A DNA stretch of 63,468 bases, counting the filler, from Basidioascus undulatus (taxonomy: Eukaryota): NCBI GenBank assembly GCA_000826855.1. It is 9 parts of 9 records of this genome, joined end to end, with 100 filler letters (N's around TTAATTAATTAA, not from the genome) between each part and the next. Parts side by side here need not be neighbours in the genome. Positions count along the whole stretch, not along the records: positions 25,553 to 27,951 come from JTLS01002785.1; positions 28,052 to 30,450 come from JTLS01002786.1; positions 30,551 to 32,949 come from JTLS01002787.1; positions 33,050 to 35,443 come from JTLS01002788.1; positions 35,544 to 58,485 come from JTLS01000279.1; 4 more parts are not named here. One strand, given 5' to 3'. Positions 25,608 through 37,664 of this stretch are shown here, piece by piece; the first letter of the stretch is position 1, and each line of letters opens with the position of its first letter. The position numbers and the translations under genes are program-made. Below the pieces are notes generated by a model. It did not search any database, had not been told where the DNA came from, and saw only the letters and a program-made list of their open reading frames with translations.

Positions 25608-26861
25608 AGGGTCGTCTTCGAGGATGACGAGGTCGTACTTGCTTGCGATGGAGTAGATCGCTTTTTTGCGGTCTGCACTGAGGGTCTGGAAGGCGCTTAC
25701 CGGTCAGATAAGTGTCTTTTAGGAGTTTGAAGGAGGAACGAACCGAGCCTGTGGGGTTCTGACCCGTCGGGACGGTGTACAGAACGTGCGGCCTACCCGC
25801 AAGACACAGTCGTACCTCAGCTTTCCATCCCAGGTGACAGCAGGGAAATTTCCTGGAAGCATTGACGCACCGCTTCTTCCCCCCCCTTTCCTTCTCGTCC
25901 CACCCCTCCAGCAACACCTCCAGCTTCTCCGGCACGATCCCGTGTCCGTCGACGGGGACGGGGATGACGAGCGGCTGCCACGGCTGGAAGGATGCTAGGG
26001 AGCCGGGGAAGGTGAGCTCCCTTCGCTTCCCATGTCAGCGTTTCGCGGAAGTATACGTGTTATGAAGGGGGGAGGAGTGGGGAGGAGGCGTACTCGGCTA
26101 GCACGGCGTCCCCCCAGTTGACGAGCAGCAGGACGCATTTGTTTACCGCGTCTGTTGCCCCGGTTGTCGCGAGCGTTGCCCAGCCGGAGTAGCGCGGCTG
26201 GTACACGCGGGCGGTGAAGTCTTGTGGTGCCGTGTACCACAGAAGTTAGTAAAATCGGATTTAGATTTGAGGGTGGTACGGGAACGCATCCAGCGCACTT
26301 GGAAGAACTTCTGCAGCGGCGGCATGCCGACGGCCGCGCCTGTGATCCACACATGCCATCAGTATTCAATAAAAACAAATAACTTGAACATGGATGATAT
26401 GGAAAGAAAATACGCACCATACTGAAGCGCCGAGCTAAGCTGCACCTCCCCCTCCCACTTCACAATCTTCACCTCGCGCTCCTTTTTCCCCTCCAGCGCC
26501 GAGCCGCCGCCCCACAGCTTGTCCAGCAAACTTCCAGCTCCTACAGGAGCCATGTCATCCCAATGACCCGGTCCGAAGATCTCAGCCGAGATGCTCGCAA
26601 AGGGGAAGGTGCTCGCGTGGGGTGTTCCTGTGCCCACACCGGCAGCATCAGTTAGGCTGTCTAGGACCCAAGGTGGTGGGGTTGGAGGAGGCTAGACGTA
26701 CCACCCGCGAAGGAAATGAGGCCCAGCCTGCCCGTGTGCTTGTAGAGCGACTTGAGCGGGCTCACTTGGCGCGCGAGGGCGAGGTCGGAGAGGTGGTGCG
26801 AGAGGTTGAGCGCCTTCTGCGGCGGGACGGGAGGGTCGACGGGGGCGGCGGTGTCGGACAT
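25608..26861 (-). CDS. PLP-dependent aromatic/2-aminoadipate aminotransferase (ARO8-like), 3' truncated
   Basis: SPLKSLYK, ISFAGG.P, FPF, ALQYG, LYTVPTGQNPTG, RKKAIY.IA.KYDLVILEDDP. Confidence 0.85.
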
Positions 26862-27253
26862 GTTGAGAAGCGTTGTAGCTGTGAGTACCAAGGTGAAAGA
26901 GAGCTGAATATCAGGAAGAGAAAGATGAAAGTGGTGGATTAAAGGGCCGGGTAGGAAGGGGGAAGACCGCGATACGCGAGCGGGTGGACAGATGACGCAA
27001 GTTGGGCGGTTGATGATGGTGGAGGGAACCTGGGCGAGCAGCACAAAGGAGTGTGATCAACGAAGAAAACAAATTTTATGGCAGATTGTGGCAGAGCGGA
27101 AACACGCTTGAGAGTTCAAACAAGGATTACTGCGAGATCTACCAGGCTATCGAAGTTTTATTTGGCGCCCTCCACCATTCTCTCAGCACGTGCGACCCCC
27201 TTCTCCCCTTCGTCTTCTCGCTTCCTCCTCCTCCTCTTCCCCACCCACGCAGC

Positions 27254-27951
27254 ATGTTCCGCTCTCCCCATCTCATATTTTCCTCCCCGCAAAGAGCATT
27301 ACGCTCCATCCACACCACCGCCTCCCGGCTCTCCAAGCGCCGCCGCAAGCCCGAGCCGTCCAGCCAGCCCGAGATCGTCCTGTACCAGCGGCCCTCGAGC
27401 GTCCCGCTCGCGGTTCTGTACGCCGCTACGGCTGGGGTGGTGGCTGTTGCGTGCGTGCTCCGTCAGTCGTAGACGCACGTGTGGAGCTGATGGTGGAAGG
27501 TAAGGACAGGCTGAACGGGGCCGTCGCGCTGCAGCGGCATTACAACGCGGAGGCGCCCGCTGCGCCTGCGCCCAAGGACGGCGAGGGAAAGACGGAGGGG
27601 GAGGAGGGAGATGCTGAGGGAGAGAGCACCCCGTACTGGATGCAGCATCTTTTCGTGGGGAGCACGGCTCTGGCGGGGATCGGCATCGCGGCGGCGTTCT
27701 TCGTCGCGTGTTCACGGTGCGTTCCCTCCCCACCCACAACCACAACTACAACCTCGCGCGGGTGGTAGGGTTGACCTTTTGTGGAGCTAGATATGTCATC
27801 CGCGTCTCGCACCTCCCCGAAACGCACGAGCTCCGCATCCACACCATCCTCGACAGCCCCATGTCCTGGCGGCCAGGCCGCGTGCAACTCGGGAACGGCA
27901 CGATCGTGCCCTTGCCGTGCTTGTCGACGAGCTAAATTCGCAAAGCACATC
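27254..27951 (+). CDS. Hypothetical mitochondrial membrane protein, probably 3' truncated
   Basis: Arg/Ser-rich presequence-like N-terminus (MFRSPHL...RSIHTTASRL), two hydrophobic segments and GT-AG introns. Confidence 0.45.
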
Positions 27952-28051
27952 NNNNNNNNNNNNNNNNNNNNNNNNNNNNNNNNNNNNNNNNNNNNTTAAT
28001 TAATTAANNNNNNNNNNNNNNNNNNNNNNNNNNNNNNNNNNNNNNNNNNNN

Positions 28052-28116
28052 TGTGACAGGGGAGGTGACAAGGGTGACAGTTGTCAGGGGTTGGACTGGG
28101 TGGGGTATTCATGACA
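28052..28116 (-). mobile_element. LTR-like repeat terminus (TGTCA...), runs into the gap
   Basis: Reverse complement TGTCATGAATACCCCACCCAGTCC..CCTGACAACTGTCA matches 60938-60979; the flanks differ. Confidence 0.6.
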
Positions 28117-28804
28117 GGACAGCCCTGAGTGAGGGGAATCTTTGAGCAAATGGAAGCCCTGAAGGGAAGGACTGCTGCCTCGGGAGAATGACAGTTCTTC
28201 ATAGTCAAGACAGGGCCCTTGTTTGCCATGGTGGCTGAGCCTGCTTCTGATGAACTAGCATTTATTGCATCAACACAGACTGTATTGACCATGAAACCTA
28301 ATAAATGCTGGTGAATAACAATTATGATGCTCAATCAATACTCCACCATTTTGGAAGGGTTGCATTACTGTTATCTTGCCATGTTTTAACAATCACAGAT
28401 GGTCATCTTAGGGTGTCAAGCATGTGGCCATTGCTGTATTATGAATTATGCCCAAAAACTATTTAGCTCTCATGTCATGGAAATTGTATCAGAAGAAAAC
28501 AGTTCTTTCAGGATGTCTCATTGTCTCAAGTTGAGAACAAATAACATGAATGCTTTGTTGGTGCATGCAGGCTGAGGCAGGTATCATTTAGTACCTGAGT
28601 TCATGATACCATCACTTAACCATGCTAAGACCAAGAATTATGGGGAGAAAACTGACATTATTAGCAGCCATTTATGTCCCATGTCTGCAGTTCAGCCAAG
28701 CCATATCTGAGCTGTAGACAAACCATGTCTGTGGTTCAGATGAGTGATGTTTGCAGGTCAGCAGGGGATCAGACAAGCCATATCTGGGGGTCAGACAGGC
28801 CACA

Positions 28805-28955
28805 ATGGAGAGGGTCTCCATGAGGTGGAGAGGGTCTCCATCTAGTGGAGAGGATGTTCTCCACCAACCAGAAATGTTCTCCCCCCACCAGAGAGGTGCT
28901 GCACCCAGTGGAGGAAATCTCCATGCTATGGAGAGGGTCTCCATGCAATGGAGAT
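28805..28955. repeat. About 20-nt minisatellite with palindromic unit TGGAGA-GGG-TCTCCA
   Basis: Copies at 28805-28821, 28826-28840 and 28928-28944, plus degenerate copies. Confidence 0.75.
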
Positions 28956-29127
28956 GGATTTGTCTGCAGCTCAAATGAGCAATGTCTGGAATTTCAGAAA
29001 CATGTATATTTTTCCAGACATGTGCCTATTTCCCCAGATGAATGTCTATCCAGCCAGACACACATGTCTGTCTCAGACACTTATTACTGGCAGACACCTG
29101 TCTATCCCAGTGACAGCCAGGGCGCGT

Positions 29128-29422
29128 GGCTGACGTCAGGCTTGTTTGGTCAGCTGCAGATGCTGCTGAAGCTTACCAAGCTGGAATCATCACCTAAATC
29201 TGTGTACATGGCTCAGAAGAAAGTGGTATGTTACTGCGCTGCAAGTAGGCTGAGCTACAGTCACTTCACCTTGCTGCAGCTGTATGGAGCCAGTCTGACG
29301 TCACATTTGTTCGGTCTACTGAGGCTATTGCTGGACTCATCAACCGGGAGTTGTGATGGAGAATTCTATCTTACCCTGGACATCAAAGTGGCATGTTATT
29401 GCGTTGACAGCAGGCTGAGCTA
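29128..29422. repeat. Diverged direct repeat, period about 165 nt
   Basis: CTGACGTCA..TTGTT.GGTC and AAAGTGG.ATGTTA.TGCG....AG.AGGCTGAGCTA each occur twice. Confidence 0.6.
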
Positions 29423-30573
29423 TGTTCCTAGTGCATGTCTAGAAAGCAGAAATACCTGCATCTCTAAAGTGTGGTTCAGATTCAGATCAATCAGCATATG
29501 AACACCCCAACCAGTCAATGGTTGTGTTTCACACAGTCACCCGGCGCACCCATACATGACAGCTGGAGTATCCATCTTGGCCAAGGAGGTTTTGTGCAAC
29601 ATTTGGTTGACATGCAAGGTGCTGCCTCCATAGGTCTATAGGTCTTTAAGCTGCATTACTCCTCAGAAAAGAAACTTGACGGATAACATGGAATTGAAAC
29701 TATAAGATATCTGATTTGAATCAAGGTTTGCAGTTGTGTGGGCACCAGTAGTTCAATACACAGCAGCGGTCTTTCATTGCAGCCTGCACTATTCCAGTGC
29801 AGTGGAAAAATACGAATGATACATACCCTAATCATGTAGTCTTGATACCTACCTCTATGTGCTTGGCCGGCCACTTGGCGACTGCCTTATCCCCGAGCTT
29901 TGCATGGGACGGTTCTTCCATCCTCGTCCCTCTTGATGAAGAGTTCTGTGATGAAGTTACTTGATTGCTTTTTGGTTGTACAGAACCAGATGATACAGAA
30001 TGATCTCATGCACAAGCTGGAGCCGGACAGATGCTGACAGAGCTTAAGGTTGCCTTTCACCCCGTGTACCGCTTTGACAAATGAACATCGTCTAGCATCG
30101 AGAAGGAACATACGCTTGAACGAACATACATGCATCGGTCCAACGGTCCAATTTCCCATCAGCAGCGCGAAAGCAACCGCCCGCAAGCCCTCAGCCCCAA
30201 TGCGCACAAACAAAGCAAAGCAGGCGTCTCCTGGTCCGAAACTTCAGAGATCAACGCAAGTCCCGCAGCACCATCAATCTCAAATCAGCGAGACCTCCGA
30301 CCGAGCAGAAGCTGCCGTGGCGGTGGGTCTTCGCAGCCCCTCCCCACCCTCTTCCTCCTCTATCGGCCCACGGCACAGCGGGCACACCCTCTGATCCTTG
30401 AACCAGCTTCTCGCGCATTTCTCGTGAAATCTTCAACCCCCCCCCCCCCCNNNNNNNNNNNNNNNNNNNNNNNNNNNNNNNNNNNNNNNNNNNNTTAATT
30501 AATTAANNNNNNNNNNNNNNNNNNNNNNNNNNNNNNNNNNNNNNNNNNNNAGGCTGACCCTGCGCCATTCCAG

Positions 30574-31276
30574 GAACCTACCTTGCCATTGCATGCGAGC
30601 ACGGCGGCCCCGACCTCTCCGTCGTGCTGTACACGTGCGACCCGGTGGCGGCGGGCGGGGCGCTCCCGACGCACGACTGCACGTACGGCGTCCCCGCGCG
30701 GCTGTACCCGGGGAAACTCGGGCTCGACGAGGACGTGTACGTGCCCTGCCTGGGGATCAGCCCCGACGAGCGGTACATCGCGCTCGGCAAGTCGGACAAC
30801 ACGGTCGACGTGCGCTTCCTTGGGCGCGCACACGAACCGCTCTACACTTTCTCGCACGAGTGTGCGTGCTGTTCCCTCCTTTTCAGCTCCACTTCTTCTC
30901 TACCCGCTTACAGTCGTCGAACGCAGTCGGCCCTAACATAGATCACCAATGGGGGATCACCTGCCTTCGTTTTCTCCCCCTGCCTATCCACCCGCCCCGC
31001 ACTTTCTCGCTCTCCTCCCTCCCCTCATACCCGCACGCGCGCGCAGCCCCGCCCTTCTTCCTCCTCACCGGCGGGGCAGACGGCGTCGTCCGTGTGTGGG
31101 ACCCACGCGGCGCGGAGCAGCAGAGTGCGCACCTGCTCGCGGTGATGGACGACGCCGTGTGTGCGCTTGCTGCGATGGGGGAGGGCGAGGCGGGCGGGCT
31201 GGTTGTGGTGGGCGATTGTGCTGGTCAGGTCAGGGTGCTCGGGTGGTGGCCGGAGGGGTGGACAGCGGCGGAGTAG
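30574..31276 (+). CDS. WD40-repeat protein, 3' part only
   Basis: ISPDERYIALGKSDNTVDV, WGITCL, LLTGGADGVVRVWD, VVGDCAGQV. Confidence 0.7.
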
Positions 31277-31937
31277 GGGTAGCGAGCTGGGCTGGTAGGC
31301 CGCTTGTCGAGGGGCGGTGTTGCTTTGTTTTGTTATTCAGTTGCACTTGTTTGAATGCTGTACCCCGTATGGCTTGATGCGGACATTGGGAGGGGGAAGT
31401 AAGGAGCGAGCCGAGCTGTACATCTTGCAACGAAACGGTGGCTGTCTTCTTTTTAAGTGACGAAACAGCAGAGATTCAAGCAAGTCGCACAACTCGTAGG
31501 CGCTGTTTATTTTCTGCAATCACTCTACCGGTTACACAGCATGCATTTACGTTTGTTATGGAGTCCGAGTGCTGGTGGATCGCGGCAGGCTTTCTGTACA
31601 GCGCAGGCGGGCAGCTATGCTAGCCCTGCAATTCTGCATTCCTACGTCAATTCTTTCACTTTGTCGGGAACAGGGCACCTGAGGTCAAAGACCCACTATA
31701 CCGACGGCTTGGCCCAAGGATTCCTTCGGACAGCGGCTGACGTTCTGTAATGGCTGCACATCATGCATGCTTCAGCTTATGGGTACGACACAATTGTGGG
31801 GGGATCTGATATGCGATGCGATGCGGCTATGACACTAAACGAAAAGAACATATCGAAGTCGTTTAAAAGGAAGTGAGAAAGAATGTCAAGCCTGTCGCAA
31901 ATGCGACCGCCGTTGCCCGGGACACGAACCGCTCCTA

Positions 31938-32882
31938 TCATCCGCCAGCGGACAATCTCCTGCTCGGCCCATCCACAGATGCGCGGGAATCCCCGCCGAT
32001 ACCGACCATCCGCTCGAGCTCCTTCTGCGCCTCTTCCCACCGCCCAAACACAGGCACGCTGTCCGCGTCGCTGTCGTCGTCCGAGTCGCTCGTCTCGCCG
32101 ATCGCCTCTGGCGGAGTCGGGGCGCCGCCGACGTCGGGCTCCGCTTCGGCGTGCGCAAGGCTCGAGCCGCGCGGGTGGATGTGCGGCGGGGTGGGTGGAA
32201 CGGGGGACGCGGAGACGGATGGAGGGCCGGAGGAAGGGTTCGGTGATCGCAGAGTGTCGAGCCTGTGGGCGACCGGACAATGTCAGCGCGATGGTAAAAG
32301 AATGAAGGACGGCGGGTGGGAACGAACCATTCGTCTTCGCTGTCCTTGTCCGGGTCGAACTGTGTCCTAGGCCGCGTCCGTATCCGCGACGGCGGCCTGC
32401 GCACGTTCTTCCGCTGCGCATGCGGCGGCCAGGGCGTGTAGCCCCTCTCGAGCTCGTCCCCGAGCGCCGCGAGCTCCGCCTCCAAGCCTAGCGCCAGCCC
32501 GTTGCGGGCGGTGGGGGTTGTAGGGTCGTTCCAGCCGCGAGCGTACTCGTCCGTGCTTCCATCCGCAGCGCCCTCGGCACCCACGACGGCCTTGCCCTTA
32601 CGCCTGATCCAGCCTCGCCGATCTCGGCGGCCGCCGGGCCGGTCGCCCACAGCGCTGGACGCGAAGAAGCCCGACGAGCTCGCGCTGCCTGAGCGGCTGA
32701 TGCCGCTGCGGGCGACGGCGCGGCGGAAGGCGCGCGCGAGGCGGTCGATGGACGCTTGGGCGGGGTCGGCAGAGCGGATCGAGGCGAGGACGAGCGTCAT
32801 CTGCTGCAGACGCGCGGCGGGAGATATCGCCGCGCCGGGTGGGGGGGCGTAGCGGGACGCGGCGGCGGCAGAGGGGAGAGAG
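31938..32882 (-). CDS. Hypothetical low-complexity protein, 3' part only
   Basis: Long coding-like frame with a GT-AG intron near 32275-32325; no recognised domain. Confidence 0.5.
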
Positions 32883-33107
32883 CTGGGGATTGGGGCGCGT
32901 GGGAGGGAAGGGCGTGTATGGTCGAATGTGTCTATCGATGTGTGCGAGTNNNNNNNNNNNNNNNNNNNNNNNNNNNNNNNNNNNNNNNNNNNNTTAATTA
33001 ATTAANNNNNNNNNNNNNNNNNNNNNNNNNNNNNNNNNNNNNNNNNNNNAAGGAGGGAGAGAGGGAGGGGGTGAGAAGGGGAGGGGAGGGAGGGGAGAAG
33101 GACGGAC

Positions 33108-34006
33108 CTGCGTCCCGGCTGTGCCGAGCGCGTGGAGCATCTGCGAAGGAGTGAGGGCGATCAGGTGCCCCACTGCCGCTGCCGCACCGAGCGTCCCCGC
33201 CGTGCCGGTTGTGTGGTAGATGCGGCTGGAACCGCAGGGCAAGCTCAGCTGCAAGAACGGCTCTGCAAACGAGAGTAGCATCGCGTACTAGTGTCTGTGG
33301 ACATCATTGTCAACACGCCGAGTCCCCGGAAGAGAAAGGACAGCACACGCACTTCTTCCCCAGAAACTCGCCTACCCGGCACGCGACCTCGTACCCCGCC
33401 ACGCTCGCAGTCACAAAGTCCTGCCCGGTCGAGCCGAGCTCCTGCGCGGCAGCGAGCGCCGCCGGGAACACAACCGTCGCGGGGTGGACTATGGATGCGT
33501 TATGCAGGTCGTCCTGCGGGATGGGTTCGATAAGCTGGGAAGGAAGTGGGGCTGGGATGGAGGGGAGGAAGGACGTGCCTGCTCGACGATGTGGCCTGCT
33601 GCGCCGTTGAGCTTGTTGGGCCAGGGCGGGGGATTAGCATGCTGTGATGGTATGAGGAGGGGAGGGAAGACGTACAAGAGCAGCAAAGTATGCGCTCGTT
33701 TTCTGCGGTCCCTCAGAGGGGGCGATTACTTCGGCTTGACCGTCCCGCGGGCCCTGGGCGAGCGCGAAGCGCTCCAGCGCAACGAGGGAGGGGTAGCCGC
33801 GTCCAGCTACGACGCATGGCACCCCATTCAGCCCTACCATTTTCCTTGGACAGATGTTAGGAGGGTACGAGCGCACCTAGTGAGCAAGCGAACCAGTCCG
33901 CGAAGAGCTCCTTCGTGCGCTCAACCACCGCGGCGGGGAGGGTGCTGTACTTGAGCTGGGACACGAAGGTCGCGAGCGCGGCGGTGCCGGTGCTGCTCGC
34001 TGGCAT
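33108..34006 (-). CDS. MmgE/PrpD family protein, 3' truncated
   Basis: LNGAAGHIVEQDDLH..SIVHPATVVFPAALA, VAGYEV..RVGEFLG..HY..YHTTGTAGTLGAAAA. Confidence 0.88.
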
Positions 34007-34440
34007 GGTCGATGGATAGAAGGGTGTGAGTGGTGTTGCGGAAAGTGCATCGCAATGGATTGTCCGGCTGGCTGGTGAAGGGAATGGCGGTGGAGGTTGA
34101 GGAGGTCAACGAGACCACGGCTGCGAACGGGCCGAAGAGCCGGTACCGTCGACAACCGCCTGGATTGACAACCTCTTTCAAACGGTGCAGGATGCTCATG
34201 ATCAATTAGTATGTTGCGCAGCCCTCTGAATCGCATTTTAGAGGCAGCGAAAAGTTCAGAAGTTCAATCGCCAAGATAAGAGATAAGATAATGCATCTAA
34301 TCTCCGCAGACAGAGGAAAGGATGTCTTTGCGGCGTTTAGCTCATCCACAGCACTTTCCCAAGCACTTAGCGAGCGAGTCTGCCTCCTACTTCCCGCCCG
34401 CCATCTCCATCTGTGTTCCTTGCTGCATTGTTGCAGCGCG

Positions 34441-35443
34441 ATGAGCACGCTGGAAGCGTTCGTGTCCGAGCTGGATGGGGCGTGTCGGGCGTTCCAGCAT
34501 CCGCAGACCCGCCAGGACGGCGAGCGCAGGCTGCTCGCGCTCAACGAGGCCATCCCCACCGCCGCAGTGCCAGAGGTGGTCGCGGCAGTGTTGGGTGAGC
34601 ATCCATTCTTGACCCATAATCGCCGGAATATACACTCAACATCTCAAGGATTGGTTGCACAGAACGCTCGTCCGACCTCTACGCGCACTTCCACATCCTC
34701 TCCCTCCTCGTCTCCCTGCCTCCGGACCCGCTCCCCGCCCTCCGCACCCAGCTCCTCACCCACCTCGCCAGCCGCCCGACCACACCCATCTATGTTCAGA
34801 CCAAGGCCCACCTCGCCCTTGCGCGCATCACCCCGCGCGCTGAGCTCCGGGAGCTGTTGGCGTACTTGGTCCGACCCGAGGCGGGCGAGGCCGAGCGCGT
34901 GATCGCTGTCGGCGTCGCAAAAGAGGTTATCCTGGAAGAGAGCAAGGATGGGAAGGGCGAGTGGGCGAGCGAGGAGGGGGAGGGCGCGGACAGGGCAATG
35001 TTTGAGGTGAGTCTTAGATGTACATTGCGAGTGGCTGGGGAGATGGACTGCGTTGTCCTTCAGCGCGTGCCAGACTGGATTTCAAACCTCCAAGCGGACT
35101 GACTGACCGGACGAACGAATTCTCCCCCACAGACGCACCTCCTGCCCACCGTCGTCTCCGCCATCCTCCAAACGCTCCACCTCGCGCTGTCCACGCCCTC
35201 CCTTCTCACGCCGTCCATCAGCGCCCTCGACGCGCTCTTCCTCTACCGCTCCTCCCCCAACTCCTCCTCCAGCAGCGGCCCCTCCGCCGCCGATCCATTG
35301 CACCCCGCGCTCCAGTCGCTGCTCGCATCCCCCGAAATCCTCCACCTCCTCCTCGCCGCCCAGTCCGCCGTCGCCGCCAACGAGCGCCTCCTCTTCCCGC
35401 TCAACCGCTCCCTCCTCTCCCTCTACTGCATGACTTTTTTATT
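34441..35443 (+). CDS. Importin-beta/exportin-like HEAT/ARM protein, 5' part only
   Basis: LE.F..ELDGAC.AFQ.P.TRQDGERRLL N-terminus and helical Leu-rich exons. Confidence 0.5.
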
Positions 35444-36079
35444 NNNNNNNNNNNNNNNNNNNNNNNNNNNNNNNNNNNNNNNNNNNNTTAATTAATTAAN
35501 NNNNNNNNNNNNNNNNNNNNNNNNNNNNNNNNNNNNNNNNNNNCACCTCCCCAATATTAGGCCTGCGCTTCGCGAGCGTATGCTCGGCCCTCGCGCGCCG
35601 GCGCGCACTGCATGTCCTCGCCACAGTATGTTCGGTGGGACCCGGCCGACAATGCGTAGTTTCTGTGAGCGACCTCTCAAGCGGTTTGTCAAACATGCAC
35701 GTTCTCCTAAAAATTATATACAGCCTCTTAACAATCATAATTTCTGGCCAGAGACAAGGCTGTACTTGCACAATACATGGACGGCTGCCCGGCTGCCCGT
35801 CCGCGCTTCCAGCTTGTCATCTTTCCGTTGGAGCAAGGAGCTGTCCACAGCGGTCATACCGGCTCCGGTCAGGGTAAATAGCCGGACTTCTTTGTGAACC
35901 GAAGAGGGGAAGAGGATCACGAGAGGCTGAAAAGGGTATTCAACCATGAATGCTTCCAAGACGCCGCTACAAATATCGCCAGGTTTATCTAGACCCTTCC
36001 TTTCTCCTTCTCAATCATGCGTGGGGTTTGAAATATGAGCACTGGCGCTTCCATCAAGCCCGCAGCTCCCTTCACGCTC

Positions 36080-36994
36080 ATCGGACCTATCCCCCACAGC
36101 GTGCCATCAAGAAGCTTTGCACGTCGTCCACTCCTTGGCCTTCGCATATGCGCTGCTCGAGTCCGAGTCCGTGTCCGTGTCCAAGTCGAGCCAGTGCCAC
36201 AATATATCGATATTACTGCCTAGCGCACTATGGTAGAGATACTGCATATGTCGACGCGTCCCTCTCCGAGCGTAGTTCCTCGACGATAAGAAGGACGCGC
36301 TGCGGCGCTGGCAGGAATCGAAGCACAGGGTCCAGCTCCGTAAGATTGTCTTTAAGTGGCAGAGCCAGTACCAAGATGGTAAGCGAGGTGAGCTTGCTGA
36401 GAGCGTCGGCGTGCTGGCGAGATAGAACGGTCAAGATGCAGCAGAGCCGCTGCATCGCGGCAGGATTAAGACGACGAAGGGCCTTTAACTCATCCCCTTT
36501 TTGTCTCCCAGGGCACCTGAATATGTGAGAAGACCAAATTCCCTGAGTCTATCATGCGGGAGTGCCTGGAAGAAAGTCTGATGCGGCGGGGAGTTCGTCC
36601 TAAAAGGAAAGTCCAGGTCAAGGACTGGATTGGACACTCGGTTCTGTAGGAGCCAGGCCAGACCGTAGGCGGCTGAATCATATTTCACCGAGTATCCCCC
36701 CAAAGGGTGCTCGGAACGGAAACACTCGTCGACATTGCAGAGTGCGAGGGACTCGAGATGATAGAGGTACTCGGACTTGGAAAACTCGAAGCGCGCGAAC
36801 CTCGAACGAGAGTGAAAACTCTGCGTACGGTACAGGTACCGGAGCGCGACCTTCCTGACCTCTTTCGAGACGAGAGTGAGCGTGGCAAGAACATTGAACA
36901 CGTCGCGAGGGCGTCCGTAGGCGAGCGGATGCAAAGGCTCGGCCAGACAATCGATGATGTGCGCAACAACGTCGACAGGAATGTGAGGGGTCAT
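36080..36994 (-). pseudogene. F-box-like/LRR-like gene, 3' part disrupted
   Basis: MTPHIPVDVVAHIIDCL...LATLTLVSKEVRKVALRYLYRT...HLESLAL, LSKLTSLTIL, then stops and frameshifts before DGTLW. Confidence 0.55.
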
Positions 36995-37664
36995 GATGGG
37001 TTTGAGATAGGATCTTTTAGTGAGGGGCTGAAGATATGGTGGCAAGGTTGTGGTCGAGGAGAGAGGGACAGTTGTGGGGAGTGCGGTTGCGGATGAGTAT
37101 GCCTGCTGTGGCACGCTGGCACGTGCTGTACTCCCAAAACGAGAACCATTTGTGAACAGCTTCTCGGGTTTGAATAGTATCATACTTGAATTCCCTGTCG
37201 AGTATCAGTATTTGCTGTGTCGATCCAGGGCAAGTCGAGTCATGTCCTGCGCCTTTGCGGCGGCTTGGAACTTGACGCTTGCTCGAACGTCGGCATGGCC
37301 TATCTTCTCTACTCTCTTCATGAAAGGATTCAGTCCTACCCCTCCCTCCGTTTATGCACTCCATATCCGGGGGCGCATGCTCGCTGTACCTGGCGAGCCA
37401 AACATCTTCCTTGCGATCTCTAAGCGAGTGTCCGCTAAATGCTGAATCTTCCTGCCGCTGTTCATGCCAGACAGATCCTCTCAGGCCAAGGGACTAGAGT
37501 GCGCGCGTAGCATAGCCAGGCTCGTACATTAGAAATGTTATCGTCTAGTCGAAGTATCCTGCCACCCTCGCTCCCATCCTATCCTTCCCTTCGTCCTCTC
37601 CCACGACCCCATCTGAGCGCGCAAGTCCGAGCCGAGCAGTTCCACGTTCGTAAAGCCCATCTTT

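Noticed and set aside
25553..35443. Apparent metabolic cluster (aminotransferase, PrpD, WD40)
   Set aside because: The genes lie on separate, unlinked contigs.
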